A stretch of DNA of 64,000 bases from Dendrobates tinctorius (taxonomy: Eukaryota), in the NCBI RefSeq assembly GCF_039654945.1, contig NW_027361688.1, positions 12,896,001-12,960,000 on the forward strand. Reading direction: 5' to 3'. A program made the translations under genes and the position numbers. The notes under the pieces are model-generated. The model searched no databases. It was given only the letters and a program-made list of their open reading frames with translations, and was not told the origin of the DNA. Position 1 is the first letter of the stretch. Every line of letters begins with the position of its first letter. Positions 12,981-25,199 of this stretch are shown here, one piece after another.

Positions 12981-15578
12981 ATTTTTTCTAGATTTTTGTA
13001 GTAAGATTACACTTTTAAGTTTTTTTTCTATAGTGTAATTTTGCATTCATTTTCTATTATTATTATTATAATTACCGTGCACATATTGCAATGAAAAATG
13101 CTCCACACCCGTAGTAAATGGTAAACCGCTCCCTCGGCTTACACAACGTATACTGGACGCTCCCATGATACCTGAGTGGAAGTTGTTATGGAGAAGAATA
13201 GTCATAATGATCTATGGCTGACAATGGGGAAATGGTATTTTCATGTCTGTTTTGGGGGAAGGGGAGGGGAGGTTTCGGCTGTAAAAGGTGTCATTTTACC
13301 TTTTTTTTTTTTTTTTTTTTTTTTTCTTTGCTTGGTATTTTTACATTTTTGAGGGTTTTTTGCACGATATTTTAAATTTTTTCGGGGGTGTTTGCTTGAT
13401 ATTTTTTAAAATTTTAGGCATTTTGTTTGGTACTTTAAAATGTTGGGGTTTTTGGTTTGATACTTTTACATTTTTAGTGTTTTTTTTTTTTTTTTGCTTG
13501 TTTTTACATTTCTTAGGAAGGTTTTTTTTTGGCTTGGTGTTTTTACTTTTTTTTTTAAATTTAATTTTGTTCCTTTAAAAAAAAAAAAAAGTGTTGTAGG
13601 TTGTATTTTACAATCCTTTCCCATTGAAATCAATAGGGAGATCTTGCACTCGCTGTCCTCGTTGCTCGTACGAGATAAATCCCGGGTGTGTTAGGAGACA
13701 TCTTCTACAATGGAGGAGCATTTATGGGATTTTAGTGAAGATGAAAGACCATTCTTCTTGTATATAAAAGGGCTGATGTGGGAAGACGCTCCTTGTCAGA
13801 AACCACACAACACTCGCATGTGGTGAAAATAGCCTTTAGGCACATTCAGGTGACTCAAGATCCACATCTCCCCCTTGGGATACTATGGTGCTCTAGGTTT
13901 GCTTGACTCATCGTCTGGATATTGCGGCCTAAAATCTGGCAGTGTGAATGAGGCCTAGTGCATCTCTAGGGGGAAAAAAAGTCCCTGCTGCCCATAGCAA
14001 CCAATCAGAATGTAGCTTAGTTTTTGTAAACTGCTCTGGGACCGTGACACAAGAACTCTGATTTGTTCCTCCCTTACCAGGAAGATGGAGGGTCCACTCT
14101 CCATAGAAATGAATAGGAGTATATGAGAGGAATGTGAGACGTTTCTGATTTTTCTCTTTTATACGGAATGATGGATTAGAGAGCGCATAAAACAGAACTG
14201 ACGCTGCTAGGTCAAGGAAGATTTTTTTTTTTTTTCTCCATTACGTCCCTCCGGACAGCACCATGGACACCTATAGTGGGACAGGATCACAGAGAAGTTA
14301 AAAGATCTCTCCCACAAAAACCAACCTTTATACTATGCAATAATGGTTGTCCTGCCAAGGACAGGAAACACACTGGAGGGTGGAGCCTCCAGTGTCTTTC
14401 CTGTCCTTAGCAGTGGAGGGCTGTCGACATCATGCTGCATCCCCTGGGCGCAAATCTGGTGACGCGCGAAAGTCGTAGTTACTAACCGGTTAACGGTATT
14501 TTTCGGAGTCCATGACAGCACCACCTGAGAGAGGGGATCCGCCCTTCAGGAACAGGAAATCCTACAGATACATAAGGGCAGCACCTCTCCCACGCATCAG
14601 TTAGTTTACAGAGCACAAGCGGACCACCAAGGTTAATAGCATAATTTATGTACAATACTTTACACAAATATTCATTACCAGTGTAAATATAAGAGGAACA
14701 AGTGCACACCCAAATTTAAACTAAAGGGAGGGAATATACAGGTGCTGTCATGGACTCCGAAAAATACCATTAACCGGTGAGTAACTACGACTTTATTCGG
14801 TCGTCCATGACAGCACCACCTGAGAGAATTACAGAGAGTAATAATTACTTTAGGGAGGGACTACAGCCTGCAGAACCCTGACACCAAAGGAGAGGTCTGA
14901 GGAAGCACCCAGGTCTAGTCTGCAGCTGTAATGGTTGTAAAAGGTGCTCGGAGAGGACCAAGTAGCTGCCTTACATATTTGGTCGATCGAGACTTCCGAT
15001 CTCTCTGCCCACGAGGTTACCATGGCCCTGGTGGAATGCGCCCTCAGCTTGCCAGGAGCCGGTTTGCCTTTTGAGGTGTATGCCAATGAAATGGCCTCCC
15101 TAATCCACCTCGCTAGCGAGCTTTTTGAAGCCCTAAGGCCCTTTCTAGTGCCCTGATAGGAGATAAACAAGGCATTATCTTTTTTTCCAGGGGTCGGTAA
15201 CTGCCAGGTACTCTAGGAGACATCTCCTAACGTCTAGAGTGTGTGGTCTCCTTTCCTTATCGTTCGTGGGATTAGGGAGGAAGTCCTTCCATCCTTTCTC
15301 CTGAGATCTATGGAAACTCGAGGCTACTTTAGGCAGGTATGCTGGATCGGGTGTAAGAATTACCCTGTCGTCCCTGAATTGTATGTACGGAGGAAGATTA
15401 GATAACGCCTGGATGTCACTTACTCTACGGGCTGATGTCAACGCTACCAGAAGAGCCACTTTAAGAGACAGGTTTTTTGTGGAGGCTGATGAGAGGCTCA
15501 GATGGGACCTCCGTCATGGCCGTGAGGACTAGGTTTAGATCCCATGGCATAAATTTATTTCTTACTACCGGTCTGGAC

Positions 15579-15619
15579 GCCCCCTGAGGAAGGAACTTTT
15601 CCGAAACGCGCGTTGGGGC
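15579..15619 (+). ncRNA. Minimal type I hammerhead ribozyme motif
   Basis: CUGANGA and GAAA cores, stem I gcccc/ggggc, stem II gga/tcc, palindromic stem III acgcgcgt. Confidence 0.65.
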
Positions 15620-15950
15620 ACGGCTGTGTACATTGTGCCACACTTCTTTACAGGTATGTGACTCTACCACCTATGTTTGGGCAATATCTTCATTTTTGTA
15701 TGGCTAGCCAGGGATTTTTCCCTTTACTTTTGATGGCCTCCTACATATTATCCTTGCCTTTTCATTTTTGGTGCTTATAATATATATGTATTGCTGTACC
15801 TATATACATACCATCTATACATTTGTGGCCCACTATACATTGCCATTTTTTGTGTCACTTTTTAGCTGTATTGTGCCTCATCTGTTGACAATAAAGATTG
15901 TGATTTTTATGTTTATATTGGACTTGTTACACTGTTTTTTTCGGTGTTGG
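15579..15950 (+). mobile_element. Penelope-like fragment beginning with a minimal hammerhead ribozyme
   Basis: gcccc-c-CTGAGGA-a-gga(acttt)tcc-GAAA-cgcgcg-TT-ggggc at 15579-15619; flanked by a 207-bp direct duplication of host DIRS sequence. Confidence 0.65.
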
Positions 15951-17828
15951 CCCTGAATTGTATGTACGGAGGAAGTTTAGATAACGCCTGGATGTCACTT
16001 ACTCTACGGACTGATGTCAACGCTACCAGAAGAGCCACTTTAAGAGACAGGTTTTTTGTGGAGGCTGATGAGAGGCTCAGATGGGACCTCCGTCATGGCC
16101 GTGAGGACTAGGTTTAGATCCCATGGCATAAATTTATTTCTTACTACCGGTCTGGACCTGCCTGTTGCCTTAATAAACCTATTGATCCAATAGTTACTGG
16201 CGATGTTGCAGTTAAAAAGGGCCCCTAAGGCTGACACCTGTACTTTTAAGGGTGCTGGTGGAAAGCCCCATGTCCAGACCTCTTTGTAAGAATTCTAGGA
16301 TCTGCGCTATTGGTGTGGACTGCCCAGCTACTACCCCTGAACCCTGAAGGAATCTTTTCCAGATCCTAACGTAGATTTTGGTTGTAATTGGTTTTCTGCT
16401 TTTGAGCAGGGTGTTAATTAGGGCTGGGGAGAAACCTTTCTCCTTTAGTAGTGCCCGTTCAAAATCCACGCTGTCAGATGTAGGCCAGCCAACTGAGGAT
16501 GGTAAACTGGGCCCTGGGATGTTTGGTAGGACCCAAGGGTCGGACACCGACATGGTCTAGAGGCATGAGAACCATGCCCTCCTGGGCCAAAACGGGGCGA
16601 TCACTATAATCCTCGCCTTGTCCTTCCTGACTTTCCTCGTCACCAGGGGTAGTAGAGACAGGGGAGGGAAGTCCCATTTGATCAGAATAGCATCCACTGC
16701 CAGTGGCTTCTCTCTGGGATTTAGAGAGCAAAACTGAGGCACTTTCCTGTTCTCTCTGGTGGCGAAGAAGTCCACTTCTGGCTGCCCCCATTTTTGTACG
16801 ATCAGGTCGAAGATGGAGGTTTTTAAGGACCATTCCCCTTGTCTCAGAAGGTTGCGGCTTAGGAAGTCCGCTGTGGTGTTTTCTCTTCCTTTAATGTGCA
16901 GAGCTGTTAAAGACAGAAGATGTTGCTCTGCCAATTGAAACAGCTGCTCTGCTACCTACATCAGGAGTCTGGAACGAGTCCCACCTTGGTGGTTGATGTA
17001 TGCCACGGTGACCTGATTGTCGGAGAATATTCGAACATGGTGACTCCCTCTAAATGAACCGCCACTCTGAGGAAACACTGATGAGACGCATGGATGGGTA
17101 TATGGTAGTAGGCATCTTTTAAATTCAACACCACCATAAAGCAGTTTTCAAACAGTAACTTTATTGTGGAATTTATCTTTTCCATTTTAAATGGCCGAAT
17201 GATCAGGTATCTATTGAGTGCCTTCAGGTTGATTATGGTCCTGTAAGAACTATCCGGTTTATGGACCAAAAATAGCGGGGAGTAGAAGCCTTCACCCTTC
17301 TCTGCCTCTGGTACCTTCATCAGTACTTTTTTATGGCATAGGTCATGGATTTCAGTCCCTAGGGCAGCCTGTTCTGACAGGGAAGACCTGAGCGGGGTGA
17401 CCTTAAAACTGTTGCGGGGGCACAGGAAATTTCTAGCCTTAGACCTGAGGCTACCAACCCCAGGATCCAGTTACTGTTTGAGATCCATGACCAGGCTTGG
17501 TAGAAGGCTGATAGTCTACCTCCCATCGGAGTCGCTAGTCATTGGGGAGGTTTCTTGGTCTCACGGGATGCTTCCTGGCGTCCCCCTCCAAACATAAACC
17601 CGGTACCTTTTTTCTTTTTATCTTCCCATCTGCCCCGGTCTCTGGATGATCTTCTACGGAAAAATCTCTTCCTAGCGAAGGGACGTCTATAGGAAGGGGT
17701 GGGCAGGGAAGGGAATTTCTTTTTATCGTCACCAGCTTTCTCCAGGAGTTCATCTAGGACTGGACCGAATATATATTCCCCCTCGCACGGGATGGAGCAA
17801 AGCCGGGATCTGGCCTGGATATCCCCAG

Positions 17829-18116
17829 GATTTAATGTGTTCCTTATAATCGTTGTACAAATTACTAAACCTAGAGTTAAGAGAGTGATTCACATTACTA
17901 GTTTGACCATTCAAGCAGAAGGCCTGATTTGCATCCTCTAATCAGGCATCAGTATTCAGAGGGCCTGATAGAAACGTTGCCATGCTAGAACCATGAATAA
18001 GTAAATTTTCAAAACAAATTAACCTCAGTAAGGTCAAACAACTTCACTTGTATAAACAAGGAACCCTTACAACAATTTATGGATATAGATATGCATAAAA
18101 ACTAAACCTTTAATGA
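17829..18116. mobile_element. ~290-bp insertion in DIRS gag, possibly a Penelope-like fragment
   Basis: Interrupts WLKCWPG|DIQARSRLCSIPCEGE; flanked by atatcccc.gg repeats; contains a stem followed by GAAACGTTG. Confidence 0.45.
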
Positions 18117-18906
18117 ATATCCCCGGGCCAGCATTTCAGCCATATAGCCCTTCGGGCTGCATTTGATAGACCTGCGGCTTTGGCCGCCATTCTTGCAGAA
18201 TCTGCCGAAGCGTCGGCTAAAAAGGCTTCCGCATTCTGGATGGGTAGGTAGGGTCTTCAAGATAGATTCTCTCGAGGCTCTGTCCTCTAATTGTGACTCC
18301 AGCTGGTCCAACCAGACCATCATAGATCTGGCTGTGCAGGTAGCCGCTACTGCCGGCCTCAGGGCGCCAGCTGACATTTCCCACGTCCTTTTAAGGTAGG
18401 AGTCTGCCTTTTTATCTAGTGGATCTTTTAAGGAAGCCATGTCGTCAAAGGGAATAGCGGATTTTTTGGGCGCTTTAGCCACTGCTGCGTCCAATTTCGG
18501 GGCTTTGTCCCATTTTTTCACCAAGGGGTCCTCAAGGGGATATCGTCGCTTAAAAGCCGGTGGTAGGGAGCCTTTGCTTTCTGGCTTCTTCCATTCCCTA
18601 TTGATCAGGTTCTGAACCTTGTCTTTTAACGGGAACGACTTACGTTTCCTGGGGTCTAAACCGCCGAACACTAGTGTCATAATGACCCGTCCTGTGTGAC
18701 GTGACCCGCAGGCCGGTAACTAAAACAACAAGACACGGGGAAAGGGGAAACAGTTATAACGGTGGGCCCTGCTATAGGGAAAGGGGACGTGGAGACCTCC
18801 TGCACTCCCTTGAGTCAGTGTCCCTAACGCTCCTAACGTTCCCTATGCCGGTTCCGCACTGGGCGCCGATCAGGAACCTGTTGCCCTAGCACACCCTACA
18901 CCTATC

Positions 18907-19821
18907 TGTTGTGAACTCATTTTCTGGTTTACCTCTGGCTTCTGGTGAGGGTGGTGGAGCTGGCTGTGTTGACAGAGGAGTCGTGAGTTCTCCATCCGGG
19001 CTCCCTCTAGTGGTGACAGTAGGTAATGAAGCTGATCTAAATGGCAGAGACCTGCCTCCTGAGGAGGAGGACTGTGAGTGGACATCAGGAGTCTCTGACT
19101 GGATTTAAGACAGCTGACTCCCTAATTTTGTTCTCTTTATTTTTCCTGCCCTGAGGTTCTGGTTCCCAGTTCTGTTCCTGCCTTCTCAAGCTAAGTGTGC
19201 TCTACTATTTTTTTTTTACATGAGATTTGGTCTGGTTTACTCAGTTTTTGTGGTCAGCCAGCCCATGCTGGGGCTGTGCTGAATTTCCATTCTTATGTCT
19301 CTGTTTATGCCAGTTTGCTTTTTGTCCCTGATCAGATTGGTCGCTTTTTGCTCTGTCTTCAGAATATACTAGAGTGCTGATATAGGGAATTTTAAGTCTA
19401 GCGACTTCAGGGTTTTTGTTATCAGAAAGTGTTGGACATTTTTTGGCAGGGTTTTGTGCGTGATTGCAGACAGCATCTTTCCTTTCCTGTCCTTTCTAGT
19501 TAGTGTGGGCACCATCGTTTGCTCAGCCTATTTTTCTATCTGTGTTTGTGTTTTCATCTTGTCTCACCGACAATACATGTTTGGGGGCTGTCTATTGCTT
19601 TGGGGTCTGCTCTGGGGCAGTTTAGATTTCCCCTTTTCTTGCTTTAGGCTTATTTAGTTCTCCGGCTGTGACGAGGCGTCTAGGATCATCGTAGGTACGC
19701 TCCACGGCTACTGCTAGTTGTGTGGATAGGATCAGGGGTCTGCAATCCGCTTAGTTACCAACCTCTCTGGTTTTCTGTGGCTTAGCTTGTTTTTGTTTTT
19801 CCTCCTCGGTGACTCATAACA
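18907..19821. mobile_element. Solo LTR inserted in the 3' LTR of the Gypsy element
   Basis: TGTTGTGAA...ATAACA termini, cctatc direct repeat on both sides, absent from the 5' LTR; related to 28406-29246. Confidence 0.88.
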
Positions 19822-21035
19822 CCTATCCTTTGCTAGGGAGCTGGGTGGCGCAGGCACTGGCCCCACCGCTGTACTAATACACACTAAGGAAAAACACAAA
19901 CAGGGAAACACCACTTAGCTTTACTCTGTTGCACTTGCTCCTGGCAACAGAATCCACCACCAGAATGCAGCTCTCCTCCTGAATCTCTGTCAGAGCTACA
20001 AGGAAATTCCCTATGACTCCTTCCACACCAGGGCTAAGACAGTGCTGCAAGGAACACTCTCCAGCTCCTTCCTCCACCAAGGATGGTTGAAATGAACACT
20101 ATCACCAACACTGATTGCAACACATGTGACTCTTTTATAGAAGAGCCAGCAATCACACCTGCATTATAATCATGTGCACTTAACTAAAGAAACAAGAGTG
20201 CAATGACGCTCACCACCACCACCGGGGACAAACTTAGAACAAACGACACCACAGTGCAATAATCCTAATGGCCACCGGGGGCAAAAACCAAACTTAAGCA
20301 CAGTTTAAGAAAAAAAAAGTTACCTGTGCTTTTTATCAGTCCTGATCCAGCATGGATCATGATAGTACCCTCCCCTTAATGAGGGGCCTCTGGACCCTCA
20401 AGACCGCTCCCCATCAGGGAACCACCTACAACGGGGACACCCAGACCCAGAGTTCACCCCAGCAACTACCTGCATGTCAGGTTGATGACAAACGAGCCCA
20501 CTGGTATTGGCATAGTATGTTCTGGAGGCAATACACATCTCCGAAGCACTGACCTGGGGAACGGGTTGTGTATGTGCATGCTTGGTATGGGCTGGTAACA
20601 CTCCACAACACCTTTCCACTGGATGTTTTTTGATGGCCACCCATACACGCTCGTTCACACACAGGTCCGGACCTGAACGTTTTATTGCCACTCATTCGTT
20701 TGTCACGATTTGGAGAATTCTTTCTGGGATTGACAACAGAGGCGTCCCCCCTCTGTCACCGCACTCACACCCCTGCACTTCACCAAGGGGTACACCACCC
20801 TCCAACCCCTTCCACCACGAGGTCTGCGCCTCCCAGGCCAATGGCGAAGGTTGAGACTTGCCGCTGCTCTCCTGCAGCACATCTGCTGCTCTCTCCGGAG
20901 AGAAAGGGGTCCGTTGAAGAGAGACAGCAGAGACAGCAGTTCCTAGGCAGCAGCCCTCACACGAGTGCCCCCAGCTGACCACTTCCCTCGCCCACCAATC
21001 TATTACCGGGTTGTGTCTTTTCAGCCAAGAGAGGC

Positions 21036-21510
21036 CTAAAACAATAGGTACTGGCATTCCCTCCATACGTTGCATGACAAGGACTCATGATATCCTATAC
21101 GCAGATGGATATTCTCTACGACTTGGGTCAAGCTCCCCTTGCTCAGTGGAACAGAGTTCATGGCTTGGACGCTTATAGGCTCGGCTAGCATCCTACACCT
21201 CAGACCATGAGTCTGGACAAAGCGAGCATCCACCAGACTGACTCCTGCTCCGCTGTCCACAAGCACCGGTATCACCTCCAGTACCCCGCCAGCCAAGACC
21301 TCTGCTGACATGGTACCTTGGGAGGGCAAAATGTAGGAAATGTATACTCCCTGGTCGCCTCCCTCCAAGCGACCAGGGGAATGCGGCTTCTCAGATGGCA
21401 CAGATAATTTGGCGCGCAATGGGCAAGCCTTCAGGACATGACCAGTCCGCCCACAGAACAAACATGCCGACACCACTCCCCGAACCGTAGGCAGCTCCGA
21501 ATACAAAGGC
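21036..21510 (-). pseudogene. Second zinc knuckle and aspartic protease of the LTR element (frameshifted)
   Basis: CLFCGRTGHVLKAC, LVDSGA; continues in another frame as PIVLGLSWLKRHNPVIDW. Confidence 0.8.
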
Positions 21511-22321
21511 AGGCTCTCATAGAATGGCCAGGCTTCCCACAGGAAAAGCATACCCCCCCCCCCCCCCGACGAGCCGCAGACACCCCCTCTTTTGTATCAA
21601 CAACACCGGGCTGTCTGGGTTCCTCCGTCCGCACTGGTGGGTCCCCCTCCCTAGCGAGGACATCAGGGGGCACTTTTTGTATATGTCTTTCCCTAAGGCG
21701 TCTATCCACCCGGATGGCAAGGGACATGGCGGCCTCCAGCGACCTGGGGGCGGCGTACTGCACCAGAGTATCCTGCAACGTTGGAGACAAACCCTGCACT
21801 AATTGACTCCTAAGTGCAGGATCATTCCACTTGGTGTTAGTGGCCCATCTCCTAAACTCTGAACAGTACTCCTCGGCAACCCGGGCTCCCTGTTTACACC
21901 TGCGGATTCGGGATTCCGCCAGAGCGACGCCATCAGGTTCCCCATACACAAGCGCCAAAGCCGCAGAAAACTCGTCCACGGACTCTAAAGATGGAGAATC
22001 GTCCGGTAGGGAGAAGGCCCAGGATTGGGGATCTCCTTTAAGAAGGGACATAATGATTCCCACCCGTTGCTCTTCACTGCCTGATGAACGAGGGCGCAGC
22101 CTAAAGTATAATTTACAGGCTTGTTGAAACACCAAGAATTGATCTCTCCCTCCAGAAAATCTGTCAGGGAGGGATATCTTGGGTTCTGGCTGAGCCTGTC
22201 TCTGAACCAAGCCCCCAAAGCCCACCAACTGCTGCAGTTGCTGCACCAACTCACCGCGCAGCCCCCTAATCTCATCAGTAAGGGTCTGCAGCATTTGGGA
22301 AAAGGTCTGAACTGGGTCCAT
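21431..22321 (-). CDS. Retrotransposon Gag (capsid + CCHC zinc knuckle)
   Basis: PEPKISLPDRFSG, QGARVAEEYCSEFRR, CFSCGKPGHSMRAC; 296-aa ORF between LTRs. Confidence 0.88.
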   Translation of the reverse strand: MDPVQTFSQMLQTLTDEIRGLRGELVQQLQQLVGFGGLVQRQAQPEPKISLPDRFSGGRDQFLVFQQACKLYFRLRPRSSGSEEQRVGIIMSLLKGDPQSWAFSLPDDSPSLESVDEFSAALALVYGEPDGVALAESRIRRCKQGARVAEEYCSEFRRWATNTKWNDPALRSQLVQGLSPTLQDTLVQYAAPRSLEAAMSLAIRVDRRLRERHIQKVPPDVLAREGDPPVRTEEPRQPGVVDTKEGVSAARRGGGGVCFSCGKPGHSMRACLCIRSCLRFGEWCRHVCSVGGLVMS

Positions 22322-25199
22322 GGCTCAGCAGAAGAAAAAAAGTTATGGGTCGGTGATAATGTCACAATGACCCGTCCTGTGTGGCGCGACCCGCAGGCCG
22401 GTAACTAAAACAACAAGACACAGGGAAAGGGGAAACAGTTACAACGGTGGGCCCTGCGATACGGAAAGGGGATGTGGAGACGTCCTGCACTCCCCTGAGT
22501 CAGTGTCCCTAACGTTCCCTATGCCGGTTCCGCACCAGGCGCCAATCAGGAACCTGTCGCCCTAGGACACCCTACACCTATCCCTTGCTAGGGAGCTGGG
22601 TGGCGCAGGCACTGGCCCCACCGCTGTACTAATACACACTAAGGAAAAACACAAACAGGGAAACAACACTGAGCTTTACTCTGTTGCACTTGCTCCTGGC
22701 AACAGAGTCCACCAACAGAATGCAGCTCTCCTCCTGAATCGCTGTCACCAAGCTCTGTCAGAGCTACAAGGAAATCCCCTATGACTCCTTCCACACCAGG
22801 GCTAAGACAGTGCTGCAAGGAACGCTCTCCAGCTCCTTCCTCCACCAAGGATGGTTGAAATGAACACTATCACCAACACTGATTGCAACACCTGTGACTC
22901 TTTTATAGAAGAGCCAGCAATCACACCTGCATTATAATCATGTGCACCTAACTAAAGAAACCAGAGTGCAATGATGCTCACCACCACTGGGGGCAAACTT
23001 AGAACAACGACACCACAGTGCAATAATCCTAATGGCCACCGGGGGCAAAAACCAAACTTAAGCACAGTTTAAGAAAAAACAAAAGGTTACCTGTGCTTTT
23101 TATCAGTCCTGATCCAGCATGGATCATGACAATTAGGTCCTGTGCTGACCGTTCTGGTTTTGCGTCTGTTACCCCCATGGTGGCCCTAACTGCCTTGACT
23201 AATTTATCCACTTGTTCTAGACCCAAGCAGAAACGACTGGCGTCCTCCTCTGAAGAGGACGCAGACGAGGAGGTCGAGGGCTCTGAGGAATCTTCCTTTC
23301 CTCTAGGGTCAGCTGAGGAGTCCGACCCTGAGAAACTTGCTCTCTTTCTTTTCTTAGATGATTAGATGATTCCCCCTGGGATACGGACTTTAGAGCTTTA
23401 ACTTCCATCCATCCTGATAATTTCCCTTAGACTCGTAGCGAAGTCAGGGGTTTCTGCCGCCACCTGTAGGAGTGGCGAAAGGGTAAGGAAGTATGTATGG
23501 TAATTTTTGGGACTACTCCCCCCCCCCCCCCCCTTTTTTTTTTTTTTAACCGTCTGCCGTATACATGACTGGCACAGTTTTTTAGGGTAGGCGTCCGGCA
23601 AGGGGCAATTGCAAAGGGCGCACTCCCTGTTTTTCGCTTTGTCAGCGCACTTCTTCCCCTATAGGAGGAAAAAACATAAGGGGAACACTGCGTCAGGGCA
23701 CATTCACGGAGATCTCTTACCCTGAGCAGAAGGCATAGGTACCGGATCACGGTGGGGGGTGAGCTGGATCCTTCGGCCTGGAGGAACTTCTGTGGCCGGA
23801 TTGTCCAGTTTGTTTTTTCTTTTGCTGGGAGCTTGTCTGGGACCTCTCTGAGGTACGCCGCTCCTGCTCTCAGTCCAGTTGTGTCACAGGAGCTTCTGGC
23901 TCATCCACTGCTGCACATGAGCTAAAGCAGCCCTGCTGCGATTCTGTGCCCTTTTTAGCCTCCCCCCGGAAATCCGGGTTAGCAGGTGTCATGGCCAGGG
24001 GCTAGGTTCCCCCCCTCCCCCTCCCGACATCCATGGACTCCACCCCCTGTGTCTCGCCCCCCCTGCCGCTATGCCGGCACCTGCGCCGCTGCGCTCGGCG
24101 ACGCACAGAGGAGGAAAGCCGGCCGGCATCTGACTTCCGGCCCGGCACCACCGTCCCCCGCCAGCTGCGTCACTTCCGGCCTCTGTGAACACGCGGGGGC
24201 ATGCAGGCCGCCAGCAACACGGCGCCGCCCGACCCGGCACGGCGCTCCCTGCCTGCCACCAAGTCACCGCAGCTGGCCCCAGACCATGACCCGGACTGCG
24301 GGGTAACCGCACCAGGAGGGCCAGGGATCGGGGTCCGGGGGGGGGATTTATACTTACCTGCCGGTGCTGGCCCTGGAGACGGGCATCCGCCGGATCCCGC
24401 TCCCACCTGCTTCACACACCATCGTGGAGCCCTGCCCGGGCCCACCGTGGCGCATCCAGGGAACCCCGCGCTGCCCGAGGTAGGAGACACCCCCCCCCCC
24501 CCCGCTACCTGAGTCGAACAGCCGGCCTGGGGATTCCTCGTCCATGATGGTACGATCTGTAGGGAATCCCGTCTTCCAGGAACAGGAAACCAACTGATGC
24601 GTGGGAGAGGTGCCGCCCTTTTGTATCTGTAGGATTTCCTGTTCCTGAAGGGCGGATCCCCTCTCTCAGGTGGTGCTGTCATGGATGACCGAATAGAAAA
24701 AAAACGGGATTGGTGGGTCTCTGCCTTCCCCCCTGTCAAGTGGTCTGTGGCCGACACCTCTCTGAGAGAGGTCCCACAGCCAACCTGTGCGTCATCTGCA
24801 GTGATACAGCATTCCTGATGTGACGCCACTTTCCTCCATGGTGGGCTCTCGGCAATACCAGCTGACACCTATTGAAGGGCTAGTCCTCTGGGCTGCTGCT
24901 AGCTTCGTGCTTTAGCCTTATGTTCTGAGGTTTATCAGATATGTAGCAAGGCCTCGGACCTCCAGGCTATAGTTAGTCTGCATCTCTGCGCTACGTCTCA
25001 TGATCGGATTTCAGTTAGTCACGTGTCATGGCGGCGCAGGGCCTCATGATTGGGCTTCAGAGTATGACTTCTACCAAAGCATGTTTGTCACGCCTTATTA
25101 ATTATCTCCTTCAGGTAGGGTAATGCGACAATTGAGATGAACTATTCAGAGTGGAGGTTTATCCTGAATCAGATGATTACTTTCTTGAGTGTAAGGTCA

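Larger units (their letters stand above)
14850..16480 (-). pseudogene. DIRS tyrosine recombinase, frameshifted and interrupted
   Basis: ALLVALTSARRVSDIQAL, HTLDVRR, RAHSTRAM, STFYNHY motifs spread over several frames. Confidence 0.9.
18675..23131 (-). mobile_element. Ty3/Gypsy (sushi/Tf1-like) LTR retrotransposon, non-autonomous (gag-protease only)
   Basis: 5' LTR 22360-23131 and 3' LTR 18675-20364 (TGTCA..TGACA/TGATA); PPT next to 20365; TSD actag/attag; gag and protease present, no RT/RNase H. Confidence 0.92.
14470..24696 (-). mobile_element. DIRS1-type tyrosine-recombinase retrotransposon (defective), with nested insertions
   Basis: Inverted terminal repeats 14508-14612 / 24591-24685; ICR 14741-14827 joins both termini; fragments of gag (17540-18674, 23132-23920), RT (16961-17520, central deletion), methyltransferase-like domain (16557-16934) and YR (14850-16480, RAHSTRA...HY). 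Confidence 0.93.

Noticed and set aside
12780-13046. ORFs spanning N runs (also 40098-40340)
   Set aside because: Artefacts of assembly gaps
14357-14408. Strong hairpin resembling a pre-miRNA
   Set aside because: Lies within the terminal region of the old DIRS element, which explains the inverted symmetry
21036-22321. Domesticated PEG10/RTL-like gene
   Set aside because: Still flanked by two similar LTRs with TSD and PPT, and frameshifted; it is a transposon copy
23940-24540. CpG-island-like GC-rich region with several ORFs (likewise 36240-36720)
   Set aside because: It is the 5' leader of the DIRS elements, not a host gene promoter; the ORFs have no recognisable product
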